A stretch of DNA of 64,000 bases, taken from the NCBI GenBank assembly GCA_964593355.1, contig CAZQHM010000021.1, positions 1,565 to 65,564 of the forward strand, read 5' to 3'. How positions within the stretch are numbered: position 1 is the first letter of the stretch; every line of letters starts with the position of its first letter. A model generated the notes under the pieces. The model was given only the letters and a program-made list of their open reading frames with translations, did not search any database and was not told the origin of the DNA. The stretch is from an uncultured Myxococcales bacterium. Lineage in GTDB: Bacteria; Myxococcota_A; UBA9042; CAIXZC01. Positions 1 through 8,812 of the stretch are shown here, in pieces. The position numbers and the translations under genes were made by a program.

Positions 1-1455
1 CAGTGTAAGGACAACAATGCTCTGACCTTGGATTTATGTGACGCGCCGACGTTGACATGCAAAAACGAGCCTATAGATACGAATTGTGTCGATGATGGCG
101 ACTGTGCAGACGGCTCGAAATGCATCAACTTCAATTGCGTCGCCGATGGCCTTCAGCCTCAGAAAGATTGCGACAACCAACTCGACTGCGTTGCTGCTTT
201 CGGCCCTTGCGGCGATCAGGATTTTGGAGCGATCTGCGTTGATGGCAAGTGTGACCTGTCTGCTGCCCACGGTTGCTGTGACAAAGGGCTCAGGATTGTG
301 CTGGCGGAGGAGACACTAAAACCGAAGTTGGACTGGCAGCTACAGAGGCTGGCTAACGACTGGCGCGCTGAGGGAGCCTGTGCTGCGGTGTTTTATGTCA
401 ACGAGGAGACTGCGCCGGCAACTATACAGAAACGGCTTCGGGCATACCTCGAGTATGCACGCAGCAAGCCGGGTTTGGTGGGAATTGCTGGACTGTTCTT
501 GGTGGGCAGGATTCGCCCGTTCGCCGTAGAAGTAACTAATGGCAGTGGTGAAACCAATTGGGCTATGACAGACCAAGTATATATGGCGCCTGAAGGTCCA
601 TGGAAAGAGGTTACTTCATCTAGAAGGAGTTGGACCCTTAGTTACTTGACTAAGGATGCAACAGATAAGTATCCATTGGCTGTTGGGCGCATATTGGTGC
701 CAAAGAACATTGGAGGGGAGATAGCTGTTCTGTCTCAATATTTTAGTAAATTACATGCATTTCGGTATGGTGGCAAGGCTGAGTGGAAAAGCGGAAATGG
801 TCGTGCAGTTCTGTTTTCGCCGTATGACTACGCGTATTGGCAAGATCAGCTAGCTGGTATGAAGGCCTTGTTTGGTATTACCACCGTCAATGATCAAGCG
901 GTCTGCTTCGGTACTGGGTCCATTGAGAATATAGATATTGTGCAGGCGCCTGCATCTACAAAGGCTAAACTATTTAACGTGCTGGCACAGCCCTATTATT
1001 GGATGACGGTGGAGAGCCACCTTAATGTTAAGGAATGGGATCTTGCAATTGGAACAGTGACGGCTGAGGAGGTCAAGAGCAGCGCACAGGTGGGTCCAAA
1101 CTTCTTCTGGCATCAGACCTGCCATTCTGGTGAAATTGCCAGGCTGAACCAGGAAGGATACTGGGAGTGGGAAGACGATGCCTATGCGCTGAGGCTTTTG
1201 GGGGTTGGAGCCAACAGGGGCCTTGCGGTTGTGGCAAGGGGTTCGACTGGCCGCGATAGTTGTCACCATGATGTGTTTTACAAGGCATTAGCGAATGGCA
1301 AATCAATCGGGGATGCTCTACGTGAGAAATTACATGTTACGGTAAGAAAGCTGCGTCTGAATGAATTTGACAAGTGTGATATATTTAAGTATTTCGGCTT
1401 TACGACGATTTTATTCGGGGATCCGTTCCTGGTCCCTGGTTCGGTGGAGGAATAA
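1..1455 (+). CDS. 5'-partial Cys-rich secreted protein with possible clan-CD (caspase/legumain/gingipain-like) cysteine-peptidase-like C-terminal domain
   Basis: Frame is open from nt 1, so the gene continues upstream of the window. The N-terminus has CTxDxC / CxDDGDC-type Cys-rich repeats like the N-terminal repeats of the giant gene. The C-terminal part has 'LFLVGRIRPF...TDQVYMA' (resembles C25 'LLVGDHKDIP...SDQVYG') and 'NFFWHQTCHSG' (hydrophobic strand-C-x-S-G, resembles the legumain/caspase catalytic Cys motif). The peptidase call rests on weak motif similarity only. Confidence 0.4.
   Translation, partial: QCKDNNALTLDLCDAPTLTCKNEPIDTNCVDDGDCADGSKCINFNCVADGLQPQKDCDNQLDCVAAFGPCGDQDFGAICVDGKCDLSAAHGCCDKGLRIVLAEETLKPKLDWQLQRLANDWRAEGACAAVFYVNEETAPATIQKRLRAYLEYARSKPGLVGIAGLFLVGRIRPFAVEVTNGSGETNWAMTDQVYMAPEGPWKEVTSSRRSWTLSYLTKDATDKYPLAVGRILVPKNIGGEIAVLSQYFSKLHAFRYGGKAEWKSGNGRAVLFSPYDYAYWQDQLAGMKALFGITTVNDQAVCFGTGSIENIDIVQAPASTKAKLFNVLAQPYYWMTVESHLNVKEWDLAIGTVTAEEVKSSAQVGPNFFWHQTCHSGEIARLNQEGYWEWEDDAYALRLLGVGANRGLAVVARGSTGRDSCHHDVFYKALANGKSIGDALREKLHVTVRKLRLNEFDKCDIFKYFGFTTILFGDPFLVPGSVEE
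1274..1371 (+). repeat. Direct repeat copy A (3' end of gene 1..1455); about 93% identical to 2859..2952
   Basis: 'ttttacaaggcattagcgaatggcaaatcaat.gg.gatgctct.cgtgagaaatt.catgttacggt.agaaagctgcgtctgaat' is shared. Copy A encodes 'VFYKALANGKSIGDALREKLHVTVRKLRL'. Confidence 0.75.
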
Positions 1456-1456
1456 C

Positions 1457-2791
1457 ATGGGAAGCAGGCAACAAGCTTGGTGTGTTTTCGCTGTGCTGGG
1501 CTCTGTGTTGTTCAGTGCTTCCTGCGGGAGTGCCGGCAATATCGTAGCTGCGGACGCTGTGGATCTTGTGAGCAAGGATGGGGTTGAGGTCACTCCGCCC
1601 GTTGATTCCCGGGATGAACACGACCTTGCAGACCCATGCAAGGGCCCGTGCGGAGACTTCGAGTGCGGTGCGGATCCGCTGGGATGTGGGGTCTCTTGTG
1701 GAGTTTGCGAGGTTGGGGAGTGCTCAAACGGGTACTGCACATGTACAGGTAGTTTTACTGTTTGTGGTGACAGTTGCTGTGCCCCAGGTGAAAAGTGCAT
1801 AAGCCAGGGGCATTGCTGCCGGCCTAACTGCTTGGGAAAGTCGTGCGGTGGTGATGGTTGCGGGGGAACCTGCGGCAGTTGTGACGGTCCCGGTACCTGC
1901 ACAGCCGCAGGCGTCTGCGATTCAGTCACATGCGGTGGTGTCGTCTGCCCGATGCACCCGCAGAAGGATTTTGTGGTGTTCTGTAACTCTCGGGACTACT
2001 GCGAGTACCTTTCGTTCTCTGGGGACGAGACTCAGAGTGAGATCTTCGTCCCACCAGGCAGCTTTGAAATGGGGCTCAGGGCTGGAGACTGCATGTTCGA
2101 AGAACTGGTTGACATCACCACGATTTGTACTTACGCACAGCCATCACATGTTGTTACGTTTGCCAAGGGGTATTTTGTTGGCAAATATGAGGTCACAATA
2201 GCGAGATACAGGCAATGCATTCTTGGCGGGTTATGCGCAGAGTTCGATGAATCGGGTTCGATTTGTTTTGATTCGTGGGACGATAATATGCAGCCAATCT
2301 ACATTTACGATGTTCTTCCGGCAGACGCCCCGGCAGTGTGCACCGGGCGGGAAGCGGCAGCGGACTTCTGTTTCTCAATCGGTGCCAGACTGCCGTCGGA
2401 GGCAGAGTGGGAGATGGCGCTCAGGGGTCCGGAGTACAACGCGTACTTTCCCGGGCTGGACTTGGAGCATCCATGCGGGCAGATAGCTTGCTGCGAATGC
2501 GGGGACGGGAGACTCCTGCCCGCTGGCGCAAGTCCGGGCGACGTCTCTGCAACCGGTGCCCGAGACATGATTGGGAATGCAACGGAGAGAGTTCTTGATT
2601 GTTGGCACGATGGGTACTCTGGAGCACCCTCGGATGGGACACCGTTCGACTGGGATTGTGAGAGCGGTTGGCTGGTCGGGCGGGGGGGGGCGGTTGTCAC
2701 TCCGGCGGACCGATTGTACCCGTTCATGCGTGGAGTAAGGTCCTCCTCCGCCCACGGTGGGGTGGGGTTTCGGTGTGTTCGCGAACTGTGA
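1457..2791 (+). CDS. Lipoprotein with Cys-rich N-terminal region and C-terminal formylglycine-generating-enzyme (FGE/SUMF1)-sulfatase-type domain
   Basis: ATG at 1457 lies 2 nt after the stop of the upstream gene, with GGAGG 9 nt upstream. The signal and lipobox are '...VLFSASC'. FGE-domain motifs present: 'GYFVGKYEVT', 'RLPSEAEWEMALRG', 'GNATERVLDCWHDGY', 'RGGAV', 'GVGFRCVREL'. The N-terminal region contains 'CLGKSCGGDGCGGTCGSCDGPGTC'. Confidence 0.75.
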   Translation: MGSRQQAWCVFAVLGSVLFSASCGSAGNIVAADAVDLVSKDGVEVTPPVDSRDEHDLADPCKGPCGDFECGADPLGCGVSCGVCEVGECSNGYCTCTGSFTVCGDSCCAPGEKCISQGHCCRPNCLGKSCGGDGCGGTCGSCDGPGTCTAAGVCDSVTCGGVVCPMHPQKDFVVFCNSRDYCEYLSFSGDETQSEIFVPPGSFEMGLRAGDCMFEELVDITTICTYAQPSHVVTFAKGYFVGKYEVTIARYRQCILGGLCAEFDESGSICFDSWDDNMQPIYIYDVLPADAPAVCTGREAAADFCFSIGARLPSEAEWEMALRGPEYNAYFPGLDLEHPCGQIACCECGDGRLLPAGASPGDVSATGARDMIGNATERVLDCWHDGYSGAPSDGTPFDWDCESGWLVGRGGAVVTPADRLYPFMRGVRSSSAHGGVGFRCVREL

Positions 2792-2823
2792 GAGGTTCCG
2801 GAGCCGGGGGAGCGTTTCGGGGA

Positions 2824-2952
2824 CATTCGGCGTGCAGGCACCCGCATCTACAGAGGTCTTTTACAAGGCATTAGCGAATGGCAAATCAATTGGTGATGCT
2901 CTGCGTGAGAAATTTCATGTTACGGTTAGAAAGCTGCGTCTGAATAGATCTG
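2824..2952 (+). pseudogene. Internally deleted remnant of a paralog of gene 1..1455 (direct repeat copy B)
   Basis: 2859-2952 matches 1274-1371 (~93% nt identity) and encodes 'VFYKALANGKSIGDALREKFHVTVRKLRL'. The preceding 2824-2848 ('gtgcaggcacccgcatctacagagg', VQAPAST) matches 940-964 of gene 1. About 330 nt of the gene-1 interior are missing between the two blocks. No plausible start or full-length frame exists. Confidence 0.5.
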
Positions 2953-3098
2953 ACATTTAGGGGAAGAAAACCTGGGGACGGAGGACGATGACTCATTTGA
3001 CAGATGATTGCTTGTCAGCCGTAACCAAGTCCCACTCGACCTGAGAGAACCGCCCCCATCGGCTTCACCTCTCACCAAAATGAGGCCACGGTTTTCGG

Positions 3099-3743
3099 CT
3101 ATATGGAGCTGACCGCAGTGAAGGTCTTCCCGCTGCCCGTCGCCATCTGAACCAAGGAACGGGGGTGCCCGGCCGCAAGCGACTGTTCAAGATTTGTGAT
3201 GGCCTCGAACTGGCAGTCACGCAGGTTGGACTTCTCAAGCGGAGGCAGGTGGGCAAGTCGGCCCCTCAGAGTCGCACCCTGCGCAAGCCAATCCCGCAAG
3301 GTCTCGGGTCGATGGAACGAGAAAACCCGCCGAGACCGAGGTTCCGGGTCACGTAGGTCTCGGAAGAAGGTCTCGATTCCGGTGCTCTCGTAGCAGAAAG
3401 GGAGAGGAAACTGGGCGTGGGGGATGTGGGAGGGCAGCCCCGTGACATACAGCCCCGATTGCTCGGCAACGCCGGAGAGAGTTGCCCCAACCTTCTTGGC
3501 CTCCACAACACCAACGGCGGCCCGGTCCACAAACAGCAGGTAGTCTGCAGTGCCTCCCTTGACCGGAAACTCTCGCACCGCTACTCCAAGGCTGGCCCCG
3601 AGGTTGACCGAAGCGTAGTCCTGGACAGCCCAGCCGGATAGCTGAAGCTGCCTGTCGATCTGGATGCGTGCTTCCTGCTCAGGAGTCATGCGTAATACTC
3701 CACGTAGATGTCGGACGGTAGCAGGGCATGGGCGGGAGTGCAA
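3099..3743 (-). pseudogene. hsdR: Truncated type I restriction enzyme R subunit (HsdR) N-terminal fragment, ending just after helicase motif I
   Basis: 'MTPEQEARIQIDRQLQLSGW' matches the HsdR N-terminal family. 'ADYLLFVDRAAVGVVEAKK' is the nuclease-like core. 'QMATGSGKTF' is the Walker A / motif I, followed immediately by a stop after 214 aa (full length is expected near 1000 aa). No continuation is found in other frames. Confidence 0.6.
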
Positions 3744-3769
3744 GGATGGAATGTGAAGTCCAGTTTGAC

Positions 3770-3815
3770 CCTACACGGCCGCTGGGTTGATCGAGATATC
3801 TGAGCGGCCGTGTAG
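3770..3815. repeat. Palindromic element copy 1: 13-bp inverted arms around a 19-nt loop containing GATCGAGATAT
   Basis: 'CTACACGGCCGCT gggttgatcgagatatctg AGCGGCCGTGTAG'; a second copy is at ~15614 with compensatory stem changes. Confidence 0.6.
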
Positions 3816-4485
3816 GAATGCAAAGGGGGCCGTCGCTGCATCGGACACGACGCTGTACCGTCTCTTGCTGACGCTGCTCCACACGAACTTCGCTAAGAAG
3901 AGGCTCGGGCCAAAGCGAGAGGTCTCATACACCGTCTTCGATGAGGCCAACCGGCACTTCGTCTCCAACCTCCCCCTCGACCCGCTTGTTTCCGCCTCCG
4001 CTGCGGACTCTCGGCCCCAAGGCCTTCCACACGGCCAACACGGCTTTCTGCCCCAACAAACCCCAAACCCACAATCTGCCCCCTCCTCAGGAGTTGGGCA
4101 AAGCCTAGCCCTAACACGGCGGGTCCCTGGTCCTTCCCCCCGCCCAAGACAGCCTGGAGCATACATCCCCGATATTGGAGTTAACTACCCTGGTGCTCCA
4201 GGAACCTATTGTTATAGATTCTATATTATGGTTAGCGTGTGTGATGTAAATGGAGGCAATTGCACGTCGGACTATGAGTATGGCTATTTTGTCATGGATT
4301 GGGTGGTGTAGGGCCGACGAAGCAGACACATCGGCTTGTCGCTCAACCACTGGGAATTCAGCCGACCGGGACATCGTCATTGGAGAAGGACCATGGGAAT
4401 CGATTTAAGAGCCTCGAACCGACTACTTGGGTTCTGCTCTTGCATTTCAGGTTCTAACTGCGTAGCATCGGTGTCGCCTTAGGCA

Positions 4486-7017
4486 GTGTTCGAGGTCATG
4501 GGGGCTGTTATGAAATGTCAATGCTCGACTAAGCCACGGACTATGTGTCGCATTTGTGGTGTTTGGCGATTCGGTTTACGTTGGCGACAGTTGATGGGGC
4601 TTCTTCCTCTGCTGCTCGGCTCGGCAACGTTGGAGGGTTGTCCCTCCTCCTCTGAGACCACGTCATGGGATGTTCTCGAAGCCAGGGGGCAAGGGGACCA
4701 ATGGGACGTTGGGCTTGATGGGACCTTAAGGGAATCCACAAGGGAATCCACCGTCGCTGACACCCTGGAGATGCTGAGCGAGCTTGACTCTCCCCCTGAT
4801 CTTCTCCCCGACCACCTTGACGACGTACCGGTGCCAGATGTCCAACCTCCTGTGGGAGAGTGCTGCATGTCCGACGGAGATTGCGGCGCCAAGGGCCGGT
4901 GTGTCGGCCCTTATCCCGGTGGCGCAGCGGCTCATGGAGTATGCGCCGAAGTGCCTGGTTCACCACGGTGCTATGCTGACTCCGATTGTCCCACCGGTGC
5001 TGCCTGCGAAGGTGCCAACTGGTGTCAGTGCGGCCAGCATTGCGATCCTCCGGCCCTGCCTGGCTGGTGCGTTTCGCCGGATGCGGGATGCTGCGGCTCA
5101 GACGACGATTGCATCGGGACTGGCGACTGCATTCTGGGCCACTGCCTGGGGGTGAGCTTTGTGGGTGGTGGATTCTGCTGGCACGATGCGAATTGCGAGA
5201 GCAACGAGGAGTGTGTTGGTGAGTTCGTGTGCCCCTGTGGATACAGCTGTCCGGTGGATTCAGCTTTGGGGACTTGTCATGCGTTGGGGCCTGACTGCTG
5301 TGAAACTGATGAAGACTGTGACGGCCAGATATGTCTCCGCAAGACCCCTGCCAGCCCCGGTGTCTGCGGTCCCGAACTTGCGCCGGGCTCGTGCTATTCA
5401 AGCCACGATTGTGCGCCAGGGAACGTATGCAACGGTGCTATGATATGTCAATGCTCCGACAACTGTGCGCCGGCCATGGGCTCTTGTGGCGCCTGTTGCA
5501 CGGACAACAGTTCGTGTGAGGAGGGGTATGTGTGCGTGTTGGGGTCGTGCCGGTTGGCCTCACAGGTGCCTCGGTGTTGGCAAGTGAGTGACTGTACACA
5601 CGATCCCAGTTGCAGTGGCGACGGATGTGCAACGCAGTTCGATTGCCAAGGGGAGGTAATCTGCCAGTGCGGTACCACCTGTGCTCACCAGGAAGTCATG
5701 GGCTGGTGCCTACCGCTTGACGTTCAGGGACCAAATTGCTGTGTGGCTGACAGCGACTGCTGGGAAGGAACGGTCTGCGTACAGGGCAAGTGCCTCATTT
5801 CGCCAGCGGGCGGAGCATGCTGGGAGTCCTCCGGCTGCACTGCGGGCGAAGAATGCATCGGTGCCGAAGTGGAACCCTGTGGTCAACACCTGTGGCCCGA
5901 TTTCCTCCCTAAGATTGGCTGGTGCGGCGGAGCAGCCAAATGCTGCGGCACAGATGCCGAGTGTCCAGCGCCATTGGTTTGTGCCGGCCTTGACTCGGGC
6001 GCCGGCCTGTTGGGCCAATGCAGAGCACCGACCGAAGCGACCAATGACTGCTGGACCGACTCCGAATGTGCACAAGGATTCGAGTGCGTCGGAGTGCTTG
6101 CTTGCGGTTGCGACCCACTGTGCGACAAGGAGCAGGTGGGCTTCTGCGAGAAGACCACCTTTGTGCCGTGCTGTGGTAGCGACGCCGGGTGCCAGGACGA
6201 AGAGCGCTGTGTTGGTAACTTGCCGAACAAGCAAAACGGCCGATGCGTGCCGACGCAGGTGGCAGGCCAGTGCTACGAGGACTCGGATTGCGGAAGTGGT
6301 CAATGTGTTGGGGAAACCACTTGCAGCTGTGAATTGGAATGCTCACCTGTGGCAGGTACGTGCACGGCGCAGCCGCAGTGCTGCGAAACCGACGAGGAGT
6401 GCGAAGACGCTGGCGACGTCTGCGCAGCGGGAAGATGTAAAGCGGTCCCACCATACGGAGCCTGCTGGAGTGACCAGGATTGCCCCGCCCCGGGGATTCT
6501 TGAGTGCCTTGGGGCCTTCGTTTGCCCCTGCAACGAATCCTGCAACCAAAACGATCATGCGGGCGTTTGCATGAGTTCCACAGAGACCTGCTGCGGGACA
6601 GCGGCCCAATGCGGTGAAGGTGATTTGTGTCTCCACACCGGGGCCCCCAATTTGCAGGGCCGTTGCTACAGGCCTGCGGAGTACCCAGAATGCTGGAGTT
6701 CCAGTGATTGCGAGGAGGGAGCAACGTGTTGGGATGCAAATGTGTGCGCTTGTGAAGAAGTCGGCTGTGTTCCGAACATGGGAATGTGCCTGACATTTGA
6801 AGCCTGCTGCGAAGGAGATCAGGATTGTCTGAACACCGAAGTCTGTGTGCATCCAGAAGGGCAACCAACGGCCGACGGCACCTGCAAGTCTCTGGTACAG
6901 CCGGGAAGCTGCTGGAATAGCCAGAGTTGCCCAGCAGGTCAAACTTGCCAAGGGGCCAAAGTGTGTCCGTGCGGCGCCCTCTGTCTGGTTGCCGACCAAC
7001 TCGGAACGTGCCAGTAG
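4486..7017 (+). CDS. Secreted Cys-rich repeat protein (~18 repeats of ~45 aa, 'CCxxDxDC...GxCxxGxC' type)
   Basis: An 843-aa ORF. The hydrophobic N-terminus 'LMGLLPLLLGSATLEGC' suggests a signal peptide, so the true start is probably one of the downstream Met codons (about 4543-4594). Repeats include 'CCGSDDDCIGTGDCILGHCL', 'CCVADSDCWEGTVCVQGKCL', 'CCETDEECEDAGDVCAAGRC', 'CCEGDQDCLNTEVCV'. No catalytic domain is recognised. Confidence 0.7.
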   Translation: MFEVMGAVMKCQCSTKPRTMCRICGVWRFGLRWRQLMGLLPLLLGSATLEGCPSSSETTSWDVLEARGQGDQWDVGLDGTLRESTRESTVADTLEMLSELDSPPDLLPDHLDDVPVPDVQPPVGECCMSDGDCGAKGRCVGPYPGGAAAHGVCAEVPGSPRCYADSDCPTGAACEGANWCQCGQHCDPPALPGWCVSPDAGCCGSDDDCIGTGDCILGHCLGVSFVGGGFCWHDANCESNEECVGEFVCPCGYSCPVDSALGTCHALGPDCCETDEDCDGQICLRKTPASPGVCGPELAPGSCYSSHDCAPGNVCNGAMICQCSDNCAPAMGSCGACCTDNSSCEEGYVCVLGSCRLASQVPRCWQVSDCTHDPSCSGDGCATQFDCQGEVICQCGTTCAHQEVMGWCLPLDVQGPNCCVADSDCWEGTVCVQGKCLISPAGGACWESSGCTAGEECIGAEVEPCGQHLWPDFLPKIGWCGGAAKCCGTDAECPAPLVCAGLDSGAGLLGQCRAPTEATNDCWTDSECAQGFECVGVLACGCDPLCDKEQVGFCEKTTFVPCCGSDAGCQDEERCVGNLPNKQNGRCVPTQVAGQCYEDSDCGSGQCVGETTCSCELECSPVAGTCTAQPQCCETDEECEDAGDVCAAGRCKAVPPYGACWSDQDCPAPGILECLGAFVCPCNESCNQNDHAGVCMSSTETCCGTAAQCGEGDLCLHTGAPNLQGRCYRPAEYPECWSSSDCEEGATCWDANVCACEEVGCVPNMGMCLTFEACCEGDQDCLNTEVCVHPEGQPTADGTCKSLVQPGSCWNSQSCPAGQTCQGAKVCPCGALCLVADQLGTCQ

Positions 7018-7026
7018 CGATCGGAA

Positions 7027-7311
7027 TTATCCAACCAGATGCGCTATGAAGCCCGTCTGCCCGCCGCTGCGCACCACCTCCATTCTCCTTGAGTGGCGGG
7101 CCACTATCTCGTCCACGATGGAGAGACCGAGGCCCGTGCCGTGGTCCTTCCTGGTGAAGAATGGTTCGAACAGCTTCGACACGTCATCTTGGGCAATTCC
7201 CGGGCCGTTGTCCCACACAGCCAGAAATGCCTCCCCAGGTCTGCTCTCCACGACCACCCGCACAAGGCCCCCGTGGGAACCCGTGCACATCCTGAATGCG
7301 GGCAGGAACAC
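7027..7311 (-). pseudogene. Histidine-kinase HATPase_c C-terminal fragment (94 aa)
   Basis: 'FLAVWDNGPGIAQDDVSKLFEPFFTRKDHGTGLGLSIVDEIVARH' covers the G1/G2 boxes of a histidine-kinase ATPase domain. No HisKA or sensor region exists upstream in any frame, so this is a remnant. Confidence 0.5.
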
Positions 7312-7397
7312 CGTCTCGTTTGACTTCCTTTAATGCGTTGACAAAACCACCTCCGGTTTTCACAATCCGCGGGCTTGGTCTGCGGGAGGCGTGGTCT

Positions 7398-8804
7398 ATG
7401 GAGTTGACCCTTGACTGGCTGTTGGACAAGAGAGTTCACCTGCTTGGTATCGGCGGCATCGGTGTGAGCGGCGTTGCTCGTCTGCTTGCCGCCCGAGGTG
7501 TGGCCGTCTCTGGGTGCGACGTGCGTGAGTCGTCCATCATCGATGCGCTTCGCTCCGAAGGTATCGATGTGGCAATAGGGCATCGCCCCGAGCATGTGGA
7601 CCAGAGCGATGTGCTGGTCTACTCCACGGCGGTTCCCGGAGTGAATCCGGAGCTTGCATACGCCCGGGAGAAGGGCCATCCACTCTATCACCGGTCGCAT
7701 CTCCTGGGGGCCCTCTCTCTGGCCCACCTGCGCTCGGTGGGCATCACGGGCACCAACGGAAAAGGGACGGTCTGTGCCATGCTCACCCATATTCTCAGGG
7801 TGGCAGGCCTCAACCCGTCGTTCTTCGTTGGAGCGTTGTGCCCCAACCTGGGTACCAATGCACTGGCTGGCTCTGGAGACCTCTTCGTGGCCGAACTCGA
7901 TGAGTCCGATGGTTCCCTGGTGAACATCCGGCCCGACTTCGCCCTGGTCAATAACCTGGAGCTGGACCATCTCAACTATTACCGGGACCTGGACCACACC
8001 ATAGAGACGCTGGTCACCTTCATCGACCAGATGCCGCAACAGGGCGTTCTCTTCCTCAATGGGGATGACCAGGGCACGTTGGCCCTGGCGGCCCGGCTCA
8101 AGGGGCGCAGTTGCGTCCTCTTCGGCACCGGAGAGAACTGCAGCGTTCGTTGTGTGCCAGTAGCGGTCAGTGACGCAGGGACGGATTTCTCCGTCACGCT
8201 CGCCCGCCCCAATGGCCCGCAAGACCTGGGCATCTTCAGGCTCAACGTCCCCGGGCTCTACAACCTCGAGAACGCAGCGGGCGCACTGGCAGTGGCCCTC
8301 CACCTTGGAGTGGACCCCGCCGCTGCCAAGGAAGCGCTGGCCAGCTTCAAAGGGCTGCTGAACCGATATACCCTGGTCGAAGCCGCAGGGCGGAAGCTGG
8401 TCAAGGATTATATGTCGCACCCTACGGGGATACGGAAAGTGCTCCAGACGGCTCGTGTTGGCACCTCCGGGCGCCTCATCGCAGTGTTCAAGCCATACAG
8501 ATACACCATGATCAACTACCATGCGGAGAATTACGCCGCTGCCTTCGCCAACGCTGACGAAGTGGTCATCACCCGCATGTGGGAGGCTGGAGAGGACCCC
8601 ATCCCAGGTGTGGATACCCCATGGCTTGCCGACCAGATAGCCAAGGCCGGCGTCAAGGTTACATACATAGATCAGATGGATTCTATCACGGACCATCTGC
8701 TTGCAACTCAGCAACCAGGCGACTGCGCCGTCTTCTTTGGCGGCAATGACATGTTCGAACTTGTGGACGAACTGGCATCCAGGTATCAGTCGCTGACACA
8801 ATAG
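7398..8804 (+). CDS. murC: UDP-N-acetylmuramate--L-alanine ligase (MurC; Mpl-type ligase not excluded)
   Basis: N-terminal Rossmann 'HLLGIGGIGVSGVARLLAARG'; Mur ligase P-loop 'GITGTNGKGT'; 469 aa. Confidence 0.85.
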   Translation: MELTLDWLLDKRVHLLGIGGIGVSGVARLLAARGVAVSGCDVRESSIIDALRSEGIDVAIGHRPEHVDQSDVLVYSTAVPGVNPELAYAREKGHPLYHRSHLLGALSLAHLRSVGITGTNGKGTVCAMLTHILRVAGLNPSFFVGALCPNLGTNALAGSGDLFVAELDESDGSLVNIRPDFALVNNLELDHLNYYRDLDHTIETLVTFIDQMPQQGVLFLNGDDQGTLALAARLKGRSCVLFGTGENCSVRCVPVAVSDAGTDFSVTLARPNGPQDLGIFRLNVPGLYNLENAAGALAVALHLGVDPAAAKEALASFKGLLNRYTLVEAAGRKLVKDYMSHPTGIRKVLQTARVGTSGRLIAVFKPYRYTMINYHAENYAAAFANADEVVITRMWEAGEDPIPGVDTPWLADQIAKAGVKVTYIDQMDSITDHLLATQQPGDCAVFFGGNDMFELVDELASRYQSLTQ

Positions 8805-8812
8805 GCAATCAT

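Noticed and set aside
1361-1456. Upstream extension of the FGE-lipoprotein ORF to 1361
   Set aside because: It overlaps the 3' end of gene 1. The ATG at 1457 has a GGAGG SD and lies immediately before the signal peptide.
3787-4311. 174-aa ORF beginning inside palindromic element copy 1
   Set aside because: No motif and Pro/Gly/Ser-rich low complexity. It starts with a non-ATG codon inside a structured element and runs through an AT-rich probable promoter patch (4180-4310) upstream of gene 4486. It is probably not coding.
5681-6868. ORFs 5681..6574 (+) and 5909..6868 (-) inside the Cys-rich gene 4486..7017
   Set aside because: They are out-of-frame or antisense shadows, and their translations are Arg/Ala/Pro-rich with no domain.
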